Assembly (NCBI RefSeq): GCF_006345805.1
Contig: NC_043011.1
Location: 48,062,464 to 48,126,463, forward strand
Length of the DNA stretch: 64,000 nucleotides
Source: Octopus sinensis
Taxonomy: Eukaryota
Reading direction: 5' to 3'
Shown here: piece by piece, positions 51,275-63,895 of the stretch
How the letters are laid out: each line of letters begins with the position of its first letter
Numbering within the stretch: the stretch's first letter is position 1
Translations under genes and position numbers: made by a program
Notes under the pieces: model-generated
The model's input: only the letters and a program-made list of their open reading frames with translations
What the model was told of the DNA's origin: nothing
The model's database searches: none

Positions 51275-52369
51275 GTGGGGGAGCATCATAGCCATGTGTT
51301 GAGAGGGATGCTTTGGGGGTTTGAATAGTTCACCTCTGGAACCATGGGTGGTTCTTTCACAACATCCTTAACAACCCTTATTCGGGGACCGTTTGAGCGG
51401 GATGGGCTACTCAACCTGAAGAAAATTCAAATGGGCCCCACCTGCAAGGTCATGTGCTGTTTATCTTGATATGAGATCACCATGTCGCGCACATATGGTT
51501 GTGATGCATGTGCCTGGTGTACCTTTATCAGACGGGTAGTCATGATGGGTATATTGGGCTTCGTATATTTTACCCCAGTCTCACTTTGATGGCATGAACT
51601 GCTCTCTCACTCAATAATAATAATAATAATAATAATCATCATCATCATCATAATGATAATAATGTGATATGTATGAAATGCCAAATGTTTTGGTGTGTGA
51701 CTTTTGACCTTGTGTAAAGTTCATGGAAATTATTCCATCAACCCCTAAATGGTGAAGGCAAATTTAATCCTGGCAGGATTCATACTCAGAATATAAGGAA
51801 ACAAAACTAGCCCTGTAACTAAGCCTCTGCCTAACCCTCTTTTAATGCTTCCAGTCAGATTTCAAATTGAGTGAGAGACCAACAGAATTCTTCATCATAC
51901 TTTGTATTGGCTAATAAAATGTTGATATACCAATATTATACTTAGGTTCAATGGATTCACAGCATTTTCTCCCTTTGCCAAATATTATAATTGTGACTGA
52001 TTTAGGAAGGCAAAGAAATATGCAAACTTACAGACTTTCAAATTAAAAAAACTTTACTGGTTTTAGTTATATATTATTGTTTTCTGGATTACATATCTGC
52101 TGCAATCAACCTTAACTTTCGTTCATAATTTGTAGGTAAAATAAATTCAAATGAGGAATAGGTGTAGATATGGCTGTGTGGTAAGAAGTTTACTTTCTAA
52201 CCACATGTGCCTGAGTTCAAATCCCACTGCATAGTATCCGGCTCTGGAGTATGTTGCTATAGCCTCAAGCCTACCAAATGACCAAAGCTTTTGTGCTAGG
52301 GATTTGGTAGATGGTTACTGAAAGAAAACCATCATGGCTACATGTGTATGTTTTATATACATACATATA

Positions 52370-52402
<33 letters not shown>

Positions 52403-53305
52403 GATATTATATATAGACATATATACATACATACATACTATATATCATATATATATATAATATATGTATATAATATAATATATATAATATATATATATAT
52501 ACATACATGAATATATATACATATACATAATATGTATATATATATATACACTACATCTATAGATATATATATATTATTATAATATATAATAATATAGATA
52601 CATACCTAGTCATATATATATATATATATAATATATATCTATATAATATATATGTATGTATGTATATATATATCTATATATATATATATATATAACATAT
52701 ATATATATACACATCTGTGTGTGTTTTAGGTGTGTGCATGCACCTGTTGTGTATGTGTGTGTTCTTGCATTACTGTTCCTTTGCCTTAAAATCATGTGGT
52801 AGTCGTAACTGGACATGTCCATCATAGGAAAATGGATGTTAAAATGTCAATGATGATGGTAGCTTAAGGGAGGAGTGGCAACTCACAGGTTGCCATGTGA
52901 GTTGCCATTCTTCATACAATTCGAAATTTTCCATCCTTCCTATGATAAGAACCGATGGCTCTTCCCTACACCAGCAATAACTGCAAGGACTCCGTTGAAG
53001 GCACCCAAAGTCCAGGTAGTTTTTGTTAAACAGAACACAAATTAAATCTGCAATGCTTGAGTACACTGAAATACACTGCTAATACATTGCTGTATAGTTT
53101 GTGAATCTATTCATTACCTCAAAAAGATTTCACCTTCTAAAATAATAATACAAACAAAAAAATAATAATAATAAAACAGATATTTTTGAACAGAAGGAAC
53201 AACTTTAATACAAATGTGTTTGCAAAGGTAATGCAGCAGAAATATTTTTGATTATTAAAATAACTTTGTTCAAAAGCTAGCATCAGACATAACAGAAGAT
53301 CTATA

Positions 53306-53339
<34 letters not shown>

Positions 53340-53648
53340 TCTATCTATTATATTATATATATTTCCTATATATATATAAGATATATTTATATATATGAAC
53401 ATGTGTGTCTATGTGAGTGTGCATATATATACATAAATATGTTTATATATATATAATACATATATATTATATTACACACACACATATTATATATATATAT
53501 ATACACATATATATATATAACATATATAATATATATACATTATATATTATATATAATATATATATACATATGTATATGTATAATATATATATATACATAT
53601 ATATATATATAATATATATATAATGTAGATATATAATATATATATTAC

Positions 53649-53690
<42 letters not shown>

Positions 53691-53805
53691 TATATATACA
53701 TATATATAAATATATATATAATATATATATATACATATAATATATATATATACATATATATATATACATACATATAATATACACACATATATATATATAT
53801 ACATA

Positions 53806-53859
<54 letters not shown>

Positions 53860-53881
53860 TACATACACACATATATTTTCA

Positions 53882-53919
<38 letters not shown>

Positions 53920-54480
53920 CACGCTTGGTGAGTGAAGGGAAAAACCTGATAGGTTCTGGTTCGGAAGGTATCATAGCATAAACAAGAAGCATTTCAATAA
54001 TGTCCTGCAATCAGTTAGATGTTTTAAAACTGTACCCATTACGAAAATTAAGTTCTCTAAGAATATATATTTCTATAACGATATTATTAATTTGTCATAT
54101 AGAGTTATTCCCCTTGATTAACTCGTCGTTTTAACAGGACTACTGTAAGAAAAAAAAGATATATCCAGGCACGTAACTATGTTTGCGTGCAAAAATCTTT
54201 CACTACTTCACTTTCTCTTGTGTTGCTGCATAATGTCACGTAACGTAACATACACACGTACGTACATACATGTATACATACATACATGCGTGCATGCATA
54301 CATACATACATGCGTGCATACATACATACATACATACATACATACATACATACATACATACATGCATACATAGATGCAGGCATACATATACACATGCATG
54401 CCTGTATGTATGTATGTATGTATGTATGTATGTATGCATGAACAAGCTATATGCACATATAGTTGCATATATATACGCGC

Positions 54481-54516
<36 letters not shown>

Positions 54517-55471
54517 TAGGCATTATGCATACATGTGTACATACACACATACATTACATGTATGTATGTATGTATGTATGTATGATGTATGTAGTATGTA
54601 TGTATGTAGTATGCATGCATGAATGCATATATGTATCTATGTATATATATATATATATATATAATATATATATATATATGTGTGTGGTGTGGTGTGTGTG
54701 TGTGTGTGTGGTGTTGTGTGTATATAGGTATATCCCTTTCAAAGTTCAAACCTCGAAATATCACAAAGTTTCAAATCAAATCACGAGATATAGGTATATC
54801 TGCGATCCTTATTTGTGACTTTCAGCCTCAATGGCAAGTTAAACTTTTGCTTGTTCCCTCGATTTCCATCAGCCTGTTATATTTTCAATGAAATAGTGGC
54901 TTATTTGAGTATTTTTGAACTCTTATTTCTAGCAACGCTGGTATTTTGTGTACCCTTAATTATAATTAATAATTGATTTTAAATTTAGAAATTTGCCCTT
55001 TTGCCTTTAATGCTAGCTGGCCACCTATATTACTGTTGATATTATTTATTAATAATAATAATAATAATAATAATTTCTTAGACCCCCTTCGGTCATGACC
55101 GATCATTGGATTACATGTAGAAAGTCACCCTCTCAGGCACAAGTCTGAGCAAGGTTGTTTTTATGGAAGACCAGCAGTTGCCCAAGCATACCAGCCTCTC
55201 CTCTCCACACCACCGATGTTATCCAAGGGAAAGACAAAGGCCGATAAAGCTTGGCACCAGTGATGTCGCAACTCATTTCTACAGCTGAGTAAACTGGAGC
55301 AATGTGAAATAAAGTGTTTTGCTCAAGAACAAAACACACAGCCCAGTCCAGGATTCGAACTCACAACCTCACGATCGTAAGCTCGATGCTCTAACCACTG
55401 AGTCATGATAATAATATCTTTATTTATATATGATAATAATATCTATATACATATATATATATATATATATA

Positions 55472-55690
55472 AAAATGTGACCGCGTGTGTACCGTTGGCG
55501 ATTTTTTTTCCTCTGTCTTCCCTTCTCTGGATCTTTCCTTCTTCTATGTTTCCGATGAAGAGCTTCGCTCAAAACGTTAAACCCTCCTTCTTTCCTTCTT
55601 TCCTGAGCGTCCAATAATACTATATTTGTTCCACGTCCTCGCGTTGTTGTGTTTTTTTGTGCTTTCTTGTTTGGATTAACTATATATATA
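55472..55690 (+). mobile_element. Penelope-like pLTR unit, second copy (hammerhead G12A at 55548-55582)
   Basis: Matches 18755-18945; core reads CCGATGAAGAGCTTCGCTCAAAACGTT. Confidence 0.7.
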
Positions 55691-55785
55691 TAATATATAT
55701 ATATAATAATAATATTAGGGAATAATCCAAATTTTACAGGGAAAAAATCAGATTTAGGATTAAATCGATTTTATAGTAAAAGATT

Positions 55786-55944
55786 ATAAAATATTATTCG
55801 AGACAAACCACTATTTTGCAAAACAAACAAGGAAAGACTTAATCATACAAAATTTTAATAACTTGACTATTATTAAAATTATGTATGATAAGTCTTTCCT
55901 TGTTTGTTTTGCAAATATGTGGTTTTGTCTCGAATAATTTTTAT
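55786..55944. repeat. ~75-bp imperfect inverted repeat with 10-nt loop
   Basis: ATTATTCGAGACAAA...GCAAAACAAACAAGGAAAGACTT...TTTTAATA pairs with 55871-55944. Confidence 0.92.
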
Positions 55945-56999
55945 ATATATATATATATATATAATATATATATATATACACACACAATAATCCCTCAATA
56001 TTGTGTTATGTTTCAAAAACCCCTGCAAGAGGTGAAAATCCTCAAAGTAGTAACAATGCTGTACTGTATATTTTTTTTGTTATTTTTATAATTTGTATAT
56101 ATTTATTTTATTGTCTTGATATATATTTAAGCTTTTTATAAATTCTCCCCACACACTTAGGAGTTTCATTTCCAAACAAGTATGTGAGATTCTACTTTTA
56201 CTGACCTACAATAAACTATGAATTTTCTCTTAATATATTTTAATTAATGTGTTATACAGCGCAGTACTGTACTGTATTTTTATTTATTAATTTTTACAGG
56301 TGGAAATCCTTATTTTACCACAGAAATAATTAAAATCAAAAATAATATGTATACCAATCAGCTGCAGAAATTCATGATATACTGAAGAGTCCATGATATT
56401 CCTTCACATATATTAGCCAGAAAAATCTGTGATGTACTGAGGGATTGATAGGTGAACCATAATATGACGAGTGGTTATTGTATATATATGACAGACTCTT
56501 CCGTCATTAGATGATATATGAAGGTATGACAATTTCTCACTGAACAACCATACAGGTGATTTGTTTATAGTGATCAAATGTTTGTGTACACATAAGTACA
56601 ATAAGCTCACTCCCTCCATCAGATCGACATTACCTGTACAGGTGCAACAGGTGAAACAAGTGCCACATGTCAGATGTTGAAATGATTGCAGAGCATCGTG
56701 AAATGAAGTGTTTTGCTCAAGAACACAGCGCAACACATCCAGTCGTATGAATGTTTGTGTTTTTGTGTCTCTTGTACAATAACCATAATTTTTTAAGTGT
56801 ATGGCAACTGCAAATTAAATGCAGGGGAAAACGGAATCCTTTCATCCGTGTCATGTATCGATAAAATACTAATACTTAATTCACTTATACCTGATCAATG
56901 AAAGTTGACCTGGAAATGGTTTTTCTTACTGTCTGCAAAGTGATGCTATGTAGATGCTTCTTTGACATTTTGGGTATTCCAACCACTTTATGCCACTGA

Positions 57000-57290
57000 T
57001 TCAACAGTGCATATGATGGCATCAGATTCACAATGAATGTCAAGAAGACAAAAGTCGTCATCCAATCAGCTCCAAAGGGAAATCTTTCGTTTCTGTCTCT
57101 GACACATCGCTTGAGTAATTCGTCATTTTTCCCTAACTTCAAAGCCTTATTTCCAACAAATGTACTTCTGAAATGGATATGGAATGTAAGCGGATTGATC
57201 CAGTCAGTATTTGAAAAACTAACCGTGAAAAAATATCTAACTACTCAAAAATGAAACTGATAGTTTATCAAGCTGTTGTCATTTTACTGA
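57000..57290 (+). mobile_element. Decayed RTE/BovB-like RT fragment
   Basis: MNVKKTKVVIQSAP...FEKL...VYQAVV resembles the RTE RT C-terminal region. Confidence 0.55.
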
Positions 57291-57565
57291 AGACATCAAT
57301 TAGACGCATCATCTATTCAGATAAAAGAGAATATTTTCAAAACTCCAGTTTTGGCAAAGTTCTATCTCCTTCCATATCACACTATTCTAGCAATATCATA
57401 AAATTATGAAACCAGTCAAGTGAACATCAAGTGTATCTTCAATTAAAAGTCACCATACATATATGTGTATACATACATAACATACAAATACACACGTGCA
57501 TGCACATACACAAACATACACACACACACACACACACTTGTACATCATGTATATATCGTTGCATG

Positions 57566-57868
57566 CATCACCGTGACTGACCAGGCTATCAGATGTTGCT
57601 ACACATCGCTGGTCACAATGCGTTTTGCATTGTTTTAGCCTTCAAATGATGCCACTCCACTGGTTAAGCGAGCAGGCAAACAGAGGAAAGAGTGAGAGAA
57701 AGTTGTGGCGAAAGAGTACAGCAGGGATTGCCATCACCCCCTGCTGGAGCCTCGTAGAGCTTAGGTGTTTTCGCTCAATAAACACTCACAACGCCCGGTC
57801 TGGGAATTGAAACCACGATCCTACGACCATGTGTCTGCTGCTCTACCCACTGGGTCATTGCGCCTCCA
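57566..57868 (-). mobile_element. SINE family C with tail type 2
   Basis: Head and core as in 63455-63840, different 3' part. Confidence 0.8.
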
Positions 57869-58090
57869 TGCATATATATATATATGCATGTGTGTGTATG
57901 TGTGTGTGTTAATGTTTAAGTGTTGGATATGTTCCTAGTAGTATGCTGATAAAGCACGTTCACTGCATATGGCTACCTGATGTCATCCACAGTTGTTACA
58001 CAATTGTTGCTGGATCTACCACAGAAATTCTTCAGTCTACGTGGAGCATAAAACAAGTGATATAGACAGAAGATAGGATACATGGAAACA

Positions 58091-58350
58091 TATTGCTCAC
58101 AAAGATCATTTCAACACATCCTGCATCGCTCCCTCATGGGTGGGAAACCATACAACTAGTTGTGGTGCGTCCCTTGGTGCATAAGCGCCTCATCAGGTAA
58201 TGTAATTAAAGGTATTTCATTGAATGAACTCTGTTTAAGCAGAGATACCATTTAACGCTTATGCACCAAGGGATGCACCACAACCAGTTGTATGGTTACC
58301 AACACAAGGGATCAATACAGGATGTGTCTAAACAATCGTTGTGAACAATA
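58091..58350. mobile_element. Foldback MITE-like element, ~95-bp arms
   Basis: Inner 42-bp arms 58146-58187 and 58256-58297 have 2 mismatches; outer arms more diverged; TA at both ends. Confidence 0.7.
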
Positions 58351-58523
58351 AGGTTTCCCGTGCACTCCATCTTCCATCTCTATCATTTGTTTTATATATG
58401 TGTGTTTGTATGTGTGTATGTGTGTAAGTATGTATGTATATATATACATACATATATGCATATGTAAATGTGTGTGTGTATATATATATACGTATATTGT
58501 GTATATTATATAATATATATATA

Positions 58524-58562
<39 letters not shown>

Positions 58563-58762
58563 CAGGCTTTTTTCAGTTTCCATCTACCAAATCCACTCAC
58601 AAGGCATTGGTCAGCCCGGGGCTATAGCAAAAGACACTTGCCCAAGATGCCACGCAGTAGGACTGAACCCGGAACCATGTGGTTGGTAAGCAAGCTACTT
58701 ACAACACAGCCACTACAGCGCCTATATATATATATATGAATCTATGTATATACATATCTATT

Positions 58763-58796
<34 letters not shown>

Positions 58797-58798
58797 TA

Positions 58799-59743
58799 CA
58801 GGATACGTAAGGTATTTAAGGACAAACTTCTTTTTGATCATTGCTGCATTTTTTGCTACCTCTATATAATCTTGGTTTCAGAAAATAAATAATGGCATAC
58901 CCTTAAGCATACTCAGGAAATGAAGAGACATGTTTTTATTGTGGTTATAAATGCTGAGCATAGCGGTTTAGAAATATCTTGATTTCTAAAAGTTCCCAGG
59001 TTTTTTGACTACAAAATTTGTAAGGAGCTAGAGACTGAAGATGGAAACGTATCACCAGTATCAAAGCATAAAAAACATCCTAAACGCTCTGAAATCATCA
59101 GAATATCTCAGTTTATCCAGCAAGTTCAACAGACCATTGATTACAAACCCAGAAAGTCCATGAGGTCAATTGCAAAAGATCTCCATGTGTCAGAAGGAAC
59201 AGTCAGAAATGTTGTCCATGAAGATATCAGTCTTATATGATGAGAAAAAGGTCAATTTGTCAGAAAAAGCAAAAGAAAATCACTACCTCAGGTCTAAAAG
59301 GCTCTTAAACAAACTGAAAAATCCAGCAGAAGAAGATTTGATTTGGTTTTTCTCAAACAAGAAAAACTTCTACGAAGATCAAAAAGTTAACAGAAGAAAT
59401 GACAGATGGTCATGTGGAACCCTTTCTGATGTTCCAAGTGTTTTGCATAGAAAATTTCCTGCAACTGTCATGGATGGTTTTAGGGGTTGTCAGCAATGAA
59501 GAACATGTGATGCCTCCTTACTTCTTTCCACAAGGCCTTTGAGGTAACAGCATGTAGATGATTTAGATCTCACATAGAAGCAGTTGTTGAAGCTGAAGGG
59601 GGCTTTATTGAATAACATTATAGAAAAGAAGGTTTCTTTTTATCTTTATAGCGTTTTTTGATAAATAAAGTTATTATCTGTTATTATATATCTGTTTTTT
59701 TTTTATAAACATAAATCTGTCCTCAAATATCTTACGCACCCTG
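58799..59743 (+). mobile_element. Internally deleted Tc1/mariner transposon (maT/DD37D-like)
   Basis: About 30-bp TIRs CAGGATACGTAAGGTATTTAAGGACA / TGTCCTCAAATATCTTACGCACCCTG with TA TSD; frameshifted transposase KSMRSIAKDLHVSEGTVRNVVHEDI...WFFSNKKNFYEDQKVNRRNDRW...KFPATVM..GVVSNEEHVMPPYFFPQGL. Confidence 0.9.
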
Positions 59744-60383
59744 TATATGTATATATATGTATATATATATATATATATGAAGCGCATGGCTCAGTGGTTA
59801 GAGCGTCAAGCTTACGATCATGAGGTTGTGAGCTCAAATCCCGACCGGGCTGAGTGTGTGTGTTCGAGCAAGGCACTTTATTTCACGTTGCTCCAGTTCA
59901 CTCGCTGTAGAAATGAGTTGCGAACGTCACTGGTGTAAGCTGTATCGACCTTTGTCTTTCCTTGGTAACACTGGATGGCGTGGAGGGGGAGGCTGTATGC
60001 ATGGGTGACTGCTGGCTTTCCTAAACAACTTGCCGGACTTGTGTCTAGGAGGGTAACTTCAGGTGCAATCCCATGGTCATTCATGACCGAAGGGGGTCTT
60101 TACCCTTTTGTTATAGATATATATATATATACTATATATATACAGAATGAGAAAAGATGCAAAAACACAAGATTTGTTTTGCAGGATTTAGGAGTATATT
60201 TGACTGTGGCCATGCTGGAGTATTGCCTAAGGTTTTTTACTGCAGGACATATTTCTTAAGCGTATTAGTTATTCAATCAGTCTTTTTTGCTGAACTGCTC
60301 AGTTGCAGGGACATAAACACACCAACATTGGTTATCAAGTAGTGATGGGATGGGGGATAAACATAGACATAAAGACACTCACT

Positions 60384-60418
<35 letters not shown>

Positions 60419-60731
60419 GGAAGATTCAGTTGAATTAGATACTTAAGTTGAGGCACCAAGCCAGTTCGGTATAGCCTTCACAGCTCAAAGTTAGGTGCTT
60501 TTTGTTTACACATATATATATATGTATATATACGGTGGGCTTCTTTCAGTTTCCATCTACCAAATCCACTTTCAAAACTTTGGTCGGCTGAGGTCATATA
60601 GTAGAAGACACTGGCCCAAGGTGCCATGCAGTGGGACTGAACCTGGAACTATGTTGTTGGGAAGCAAACCTCTCACCACACAGCCACACCTGTGGACTTT
60701 ATTTTAACACTTTGTTTAAAATAAAGTTTAC

Positions 60732-60764
60732 CTGTTCAGATCCAGTCAAGGATATTGCACACAC
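60732..60764 (-). CDS. Candidate 33-nt exon (VCAISLTGSEQ)
   Basis: TGTTTTATTCTTAG acceptor, CAG|GTAAAC donor, a single open frame. Confidence 0.2.
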
Positions 60765-60929
60765 CTAAGAATAAAACACCTGATGCTGTGACCATTGTTC
60801 CATGTCTAAAAAACGGTGGTCAATAGTCCATGAAATGACAATCTTATCAAAAGCAGCTCAGGCATTTAAACATTCAATGATCCTCTCACTCTCAGTTCTT
60901 CCCCAAGTCCTGTTTATATAATGTTTACA

Positions 60930-60988
60930 ACTACTACTATTACCACCACCACCACCACCCTTGCTATTACTACTACTACTACTAATAT

Positions 60989-61021
<33 letters not shown>

Positions 61022-61400
61022 CCTTGCTGCTGCTACTACTACTACTATCACTACTACTACTACCACCACCACCACTGCCACTAGCACTCTTGCTACTACT
61101 ACTACGACTACTACTACTACTAACTACTATCCTTGCTACTACTACTACTACTACCACCACCAACACCTTTGTTGCTACTACTACTACTATTATCACCACC
61201 CTTGCTGCTGCTACTACTACTACTACCACCACTACTACTAATTACTACCTTTGCTACTACTACAACTACTACCACCACTACCCTTGATGCTGCTACTACT
61301 CTACTACTACTACTCTACTCCTCCTCCTCTACTACTGCTGCTACTACTACTACTACTACTACTACTAGTACCGTGACCACTACCACTACTACTACTACTT
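60930..61400. repeat. (CTA)n/(CCA)n compound trinucleotide block
   Basis: Direct reading. Confidence 0.95.
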
Positions 61401-63422
61401 GATATTTCATCATTTACCAATGATAAAATATTTTTCTTTGTTCTATAATTTTTTTTCAAGTTTTGCTTTTCTTTCCATTTTACTCTTATTTATTTATTAT
61501 TTAATCTTTTATTTACTTATTTGTTGAAATATGTATTTATTTATCCCCCCCCCCGAAATTTTTTTTCTCATCAACTCTGACACGAAAAGCTTAATATTTG
61601 AAATTTTCTTTGTTATCAAGCAAGTAAGTTTGCTTGATGTGTTTGTTGTAAATAATATCATTTCTGGACAATTTTTTGTTATTATTTGATTTCTGAGAAA
61701 TGGAAGTGATGAGAGAGAAAGAGAGAGAGAGAGAGAGAGCAGGAGATAAATAAATAAGAAAAAGAAAAATTGACAAAACGAAAGTAATATGTCTCATGGT
61801 GTCCTTTCCTTCCGCCTTCTTCACACCTTTTTCTTCTTTGCCCTTCTTGTTCCCTTTCATCTTCTCATCCTTCCTTCCTTCTTTTCACTTCATGAATGGC
61901 CTTATATGTTAACATTAAATTAACAAAACATCTCACACAGTCACACATACACACCTAACATTCACATAAATATGACAACTTTCGGTACATTTTTTATGAT
62001 GTACTTTACTGTCTGATTGAAACAAGTGGCGAATAATTATTAAAACCTAAATAAGATCCAGTATTATTGATTTCTGTATATTGATGAGAACATTTTTCCA
62101 TTAGAATTTGCACATTAAAATTTTCTCAGAGAAAGAAGCTTGTCTTAATAATGAAATACGGAAATATTGAATTCTAACTGCCTGGATGTGTGTATCTATG
62201 TGTTTGTGCGTACAGGTGTGTAAATAGGTGAGATTGTGTGTTTTTCTCTCTGTGTGTATGCGTGTGTGTGTGTGTGTGAGTGTGTGTGATTCTGTGTGTG
62301 GTTCTGGTTGAGGCGATTATGAGTTATATGTGTGTGATGTATGTATGTATATATGTATATATAAATATATATAAATACATACGTATCTTTCAGAGTGTTT
62401 TGAATGTGTATGTGAGAATGTGGATGAGAGAAAGTAAAAGAGAGAGACAAAGAGAGAGAGAGAGAGAGGGAGAGGGGGAGTGTAACTGTGCATGTGTGTG
62501 TATGTATGTATGCTTGTGTGTGTGTGAGAGGGTGAAAGAGAGAGAGAGAGTACATATGTGTAGTGAGTGAAGAGTGAGTGAGAGGGAGAGAGAGTATATG
62601 TGTTTGAGTGCAACAGTCTGGTAAGTGTAAAAGAGAGAAAATAATTGTATATGTGTGTGTTTACCTCTGTGTGTATTTCTCTGAGTGAGAGATTTTCCTC
62701 TGTGTGTGCATGTGTAAATGATTTCTCTCTTTGTGTTTGTATATATAGTTATCTGAGAGAGTTCTATGAGTGTGTCAGGATATAAGGGAGAGAGACGTCA
62801 TATGTATGTATGTATAAGTGTGCCTGTAAATGTGTGCGTTGTGTTAATAGTATTTGTATGTTTTCTTCAACTTCACCTTATAAAGTCTCGGAGGTGTTCA
62901 TTATGGCTGACACCAGATGACATGTGAATAATTACAAACTACATTTATTAATGTTGTCTAATGAACATTATATCAATAAGTAATATTTCGTATGAATATA
63001 TTTGCTGCTGTGCTTGAATCTAAAACCATTTCGGTTATTACAGTATTAGTAAAACCTGTTAATGTCTAAGCAACTGAAGGATTACTAAGATCACCTGTCT
63101 TCTGTCTCATTTGGAGTTCAAGCACTTAGAAATCACACACACACACATACACACACACAGATATGCACATGTACACAAATATATATTTCTTTACTACCCA
63201 CAAGGGGCTAAACACAGAGGGGACAAACAAGGACAGACAAATGGATTAAGTTGATTACATCGACCCCAGTGTGTAACTGGTAGGTACTTAATTTATCGAC
63301 CCCGAAAGGATGAAAGGCAAAGTCGACCTCGGTGGAATTTGAACTCAGAACGTAACGGCAGACGAAATACAGCTACGCATTTCGCCCGGCATGCTAACAT
63401 TTCTGCTAGCTCGAAACATGTG

Positions 63423-63454
<32 letters not shown>

Positions 63455-63455
<1 letters not shown>

Positions 63456-63840
63456 GGAGGCACAATAGCCCAGTGGTTAGGGCAGTGGACTCGCAGTTGT
63501 GGGATCGCAGGTTCGATTCCCAGACCGGGCGTTGTGAGTGTTTATTGAGTGAAAACACCTAAAGCTCCATGAGGTTCCGGCAGGGATGGTGGTGATCCCT
63601 GCTGTACTCTTTCACCACAACTTTCTCTCACTCTTACTTCCTGTTTCTGTTGTACCTGTATTTCAAAGGGCCGGCCTTGTCACTCTCTGTGTCACGCTGA
63701 ATATCCCTGAGAACTACGTTAAGGGTACACGTGTCTGTGGAATGCTCAGCCACTTACACGTTAATTTCACGAGCAGGCTGTTCCGTTGATCGGATCAACC
63801 GGAACCCTCGTCGTCGTAACCGACGGAGTGCTTCCATCCA
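63455..63840 (+). mobile_element. SINE family C with tail type 3
   Basis: A-box TAGCCCAGTGG, B-box GGTTCGATTCC, core GTTTATTGAGTGAAAACACCTAAAGCTCC, ~190-nt tail unique in this window. Confidence 0.8.
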
Positions 63841-63853
63841 TATGTATATATAT

Positions 63854-63895
<42 letters not shown>

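Noticed and set aside
52908-52934. MENFELYEE resembling the ULK4 N-terminus
   Set aside because: Similarity stops after nine residues; no kinase glycine-rich loop follows.
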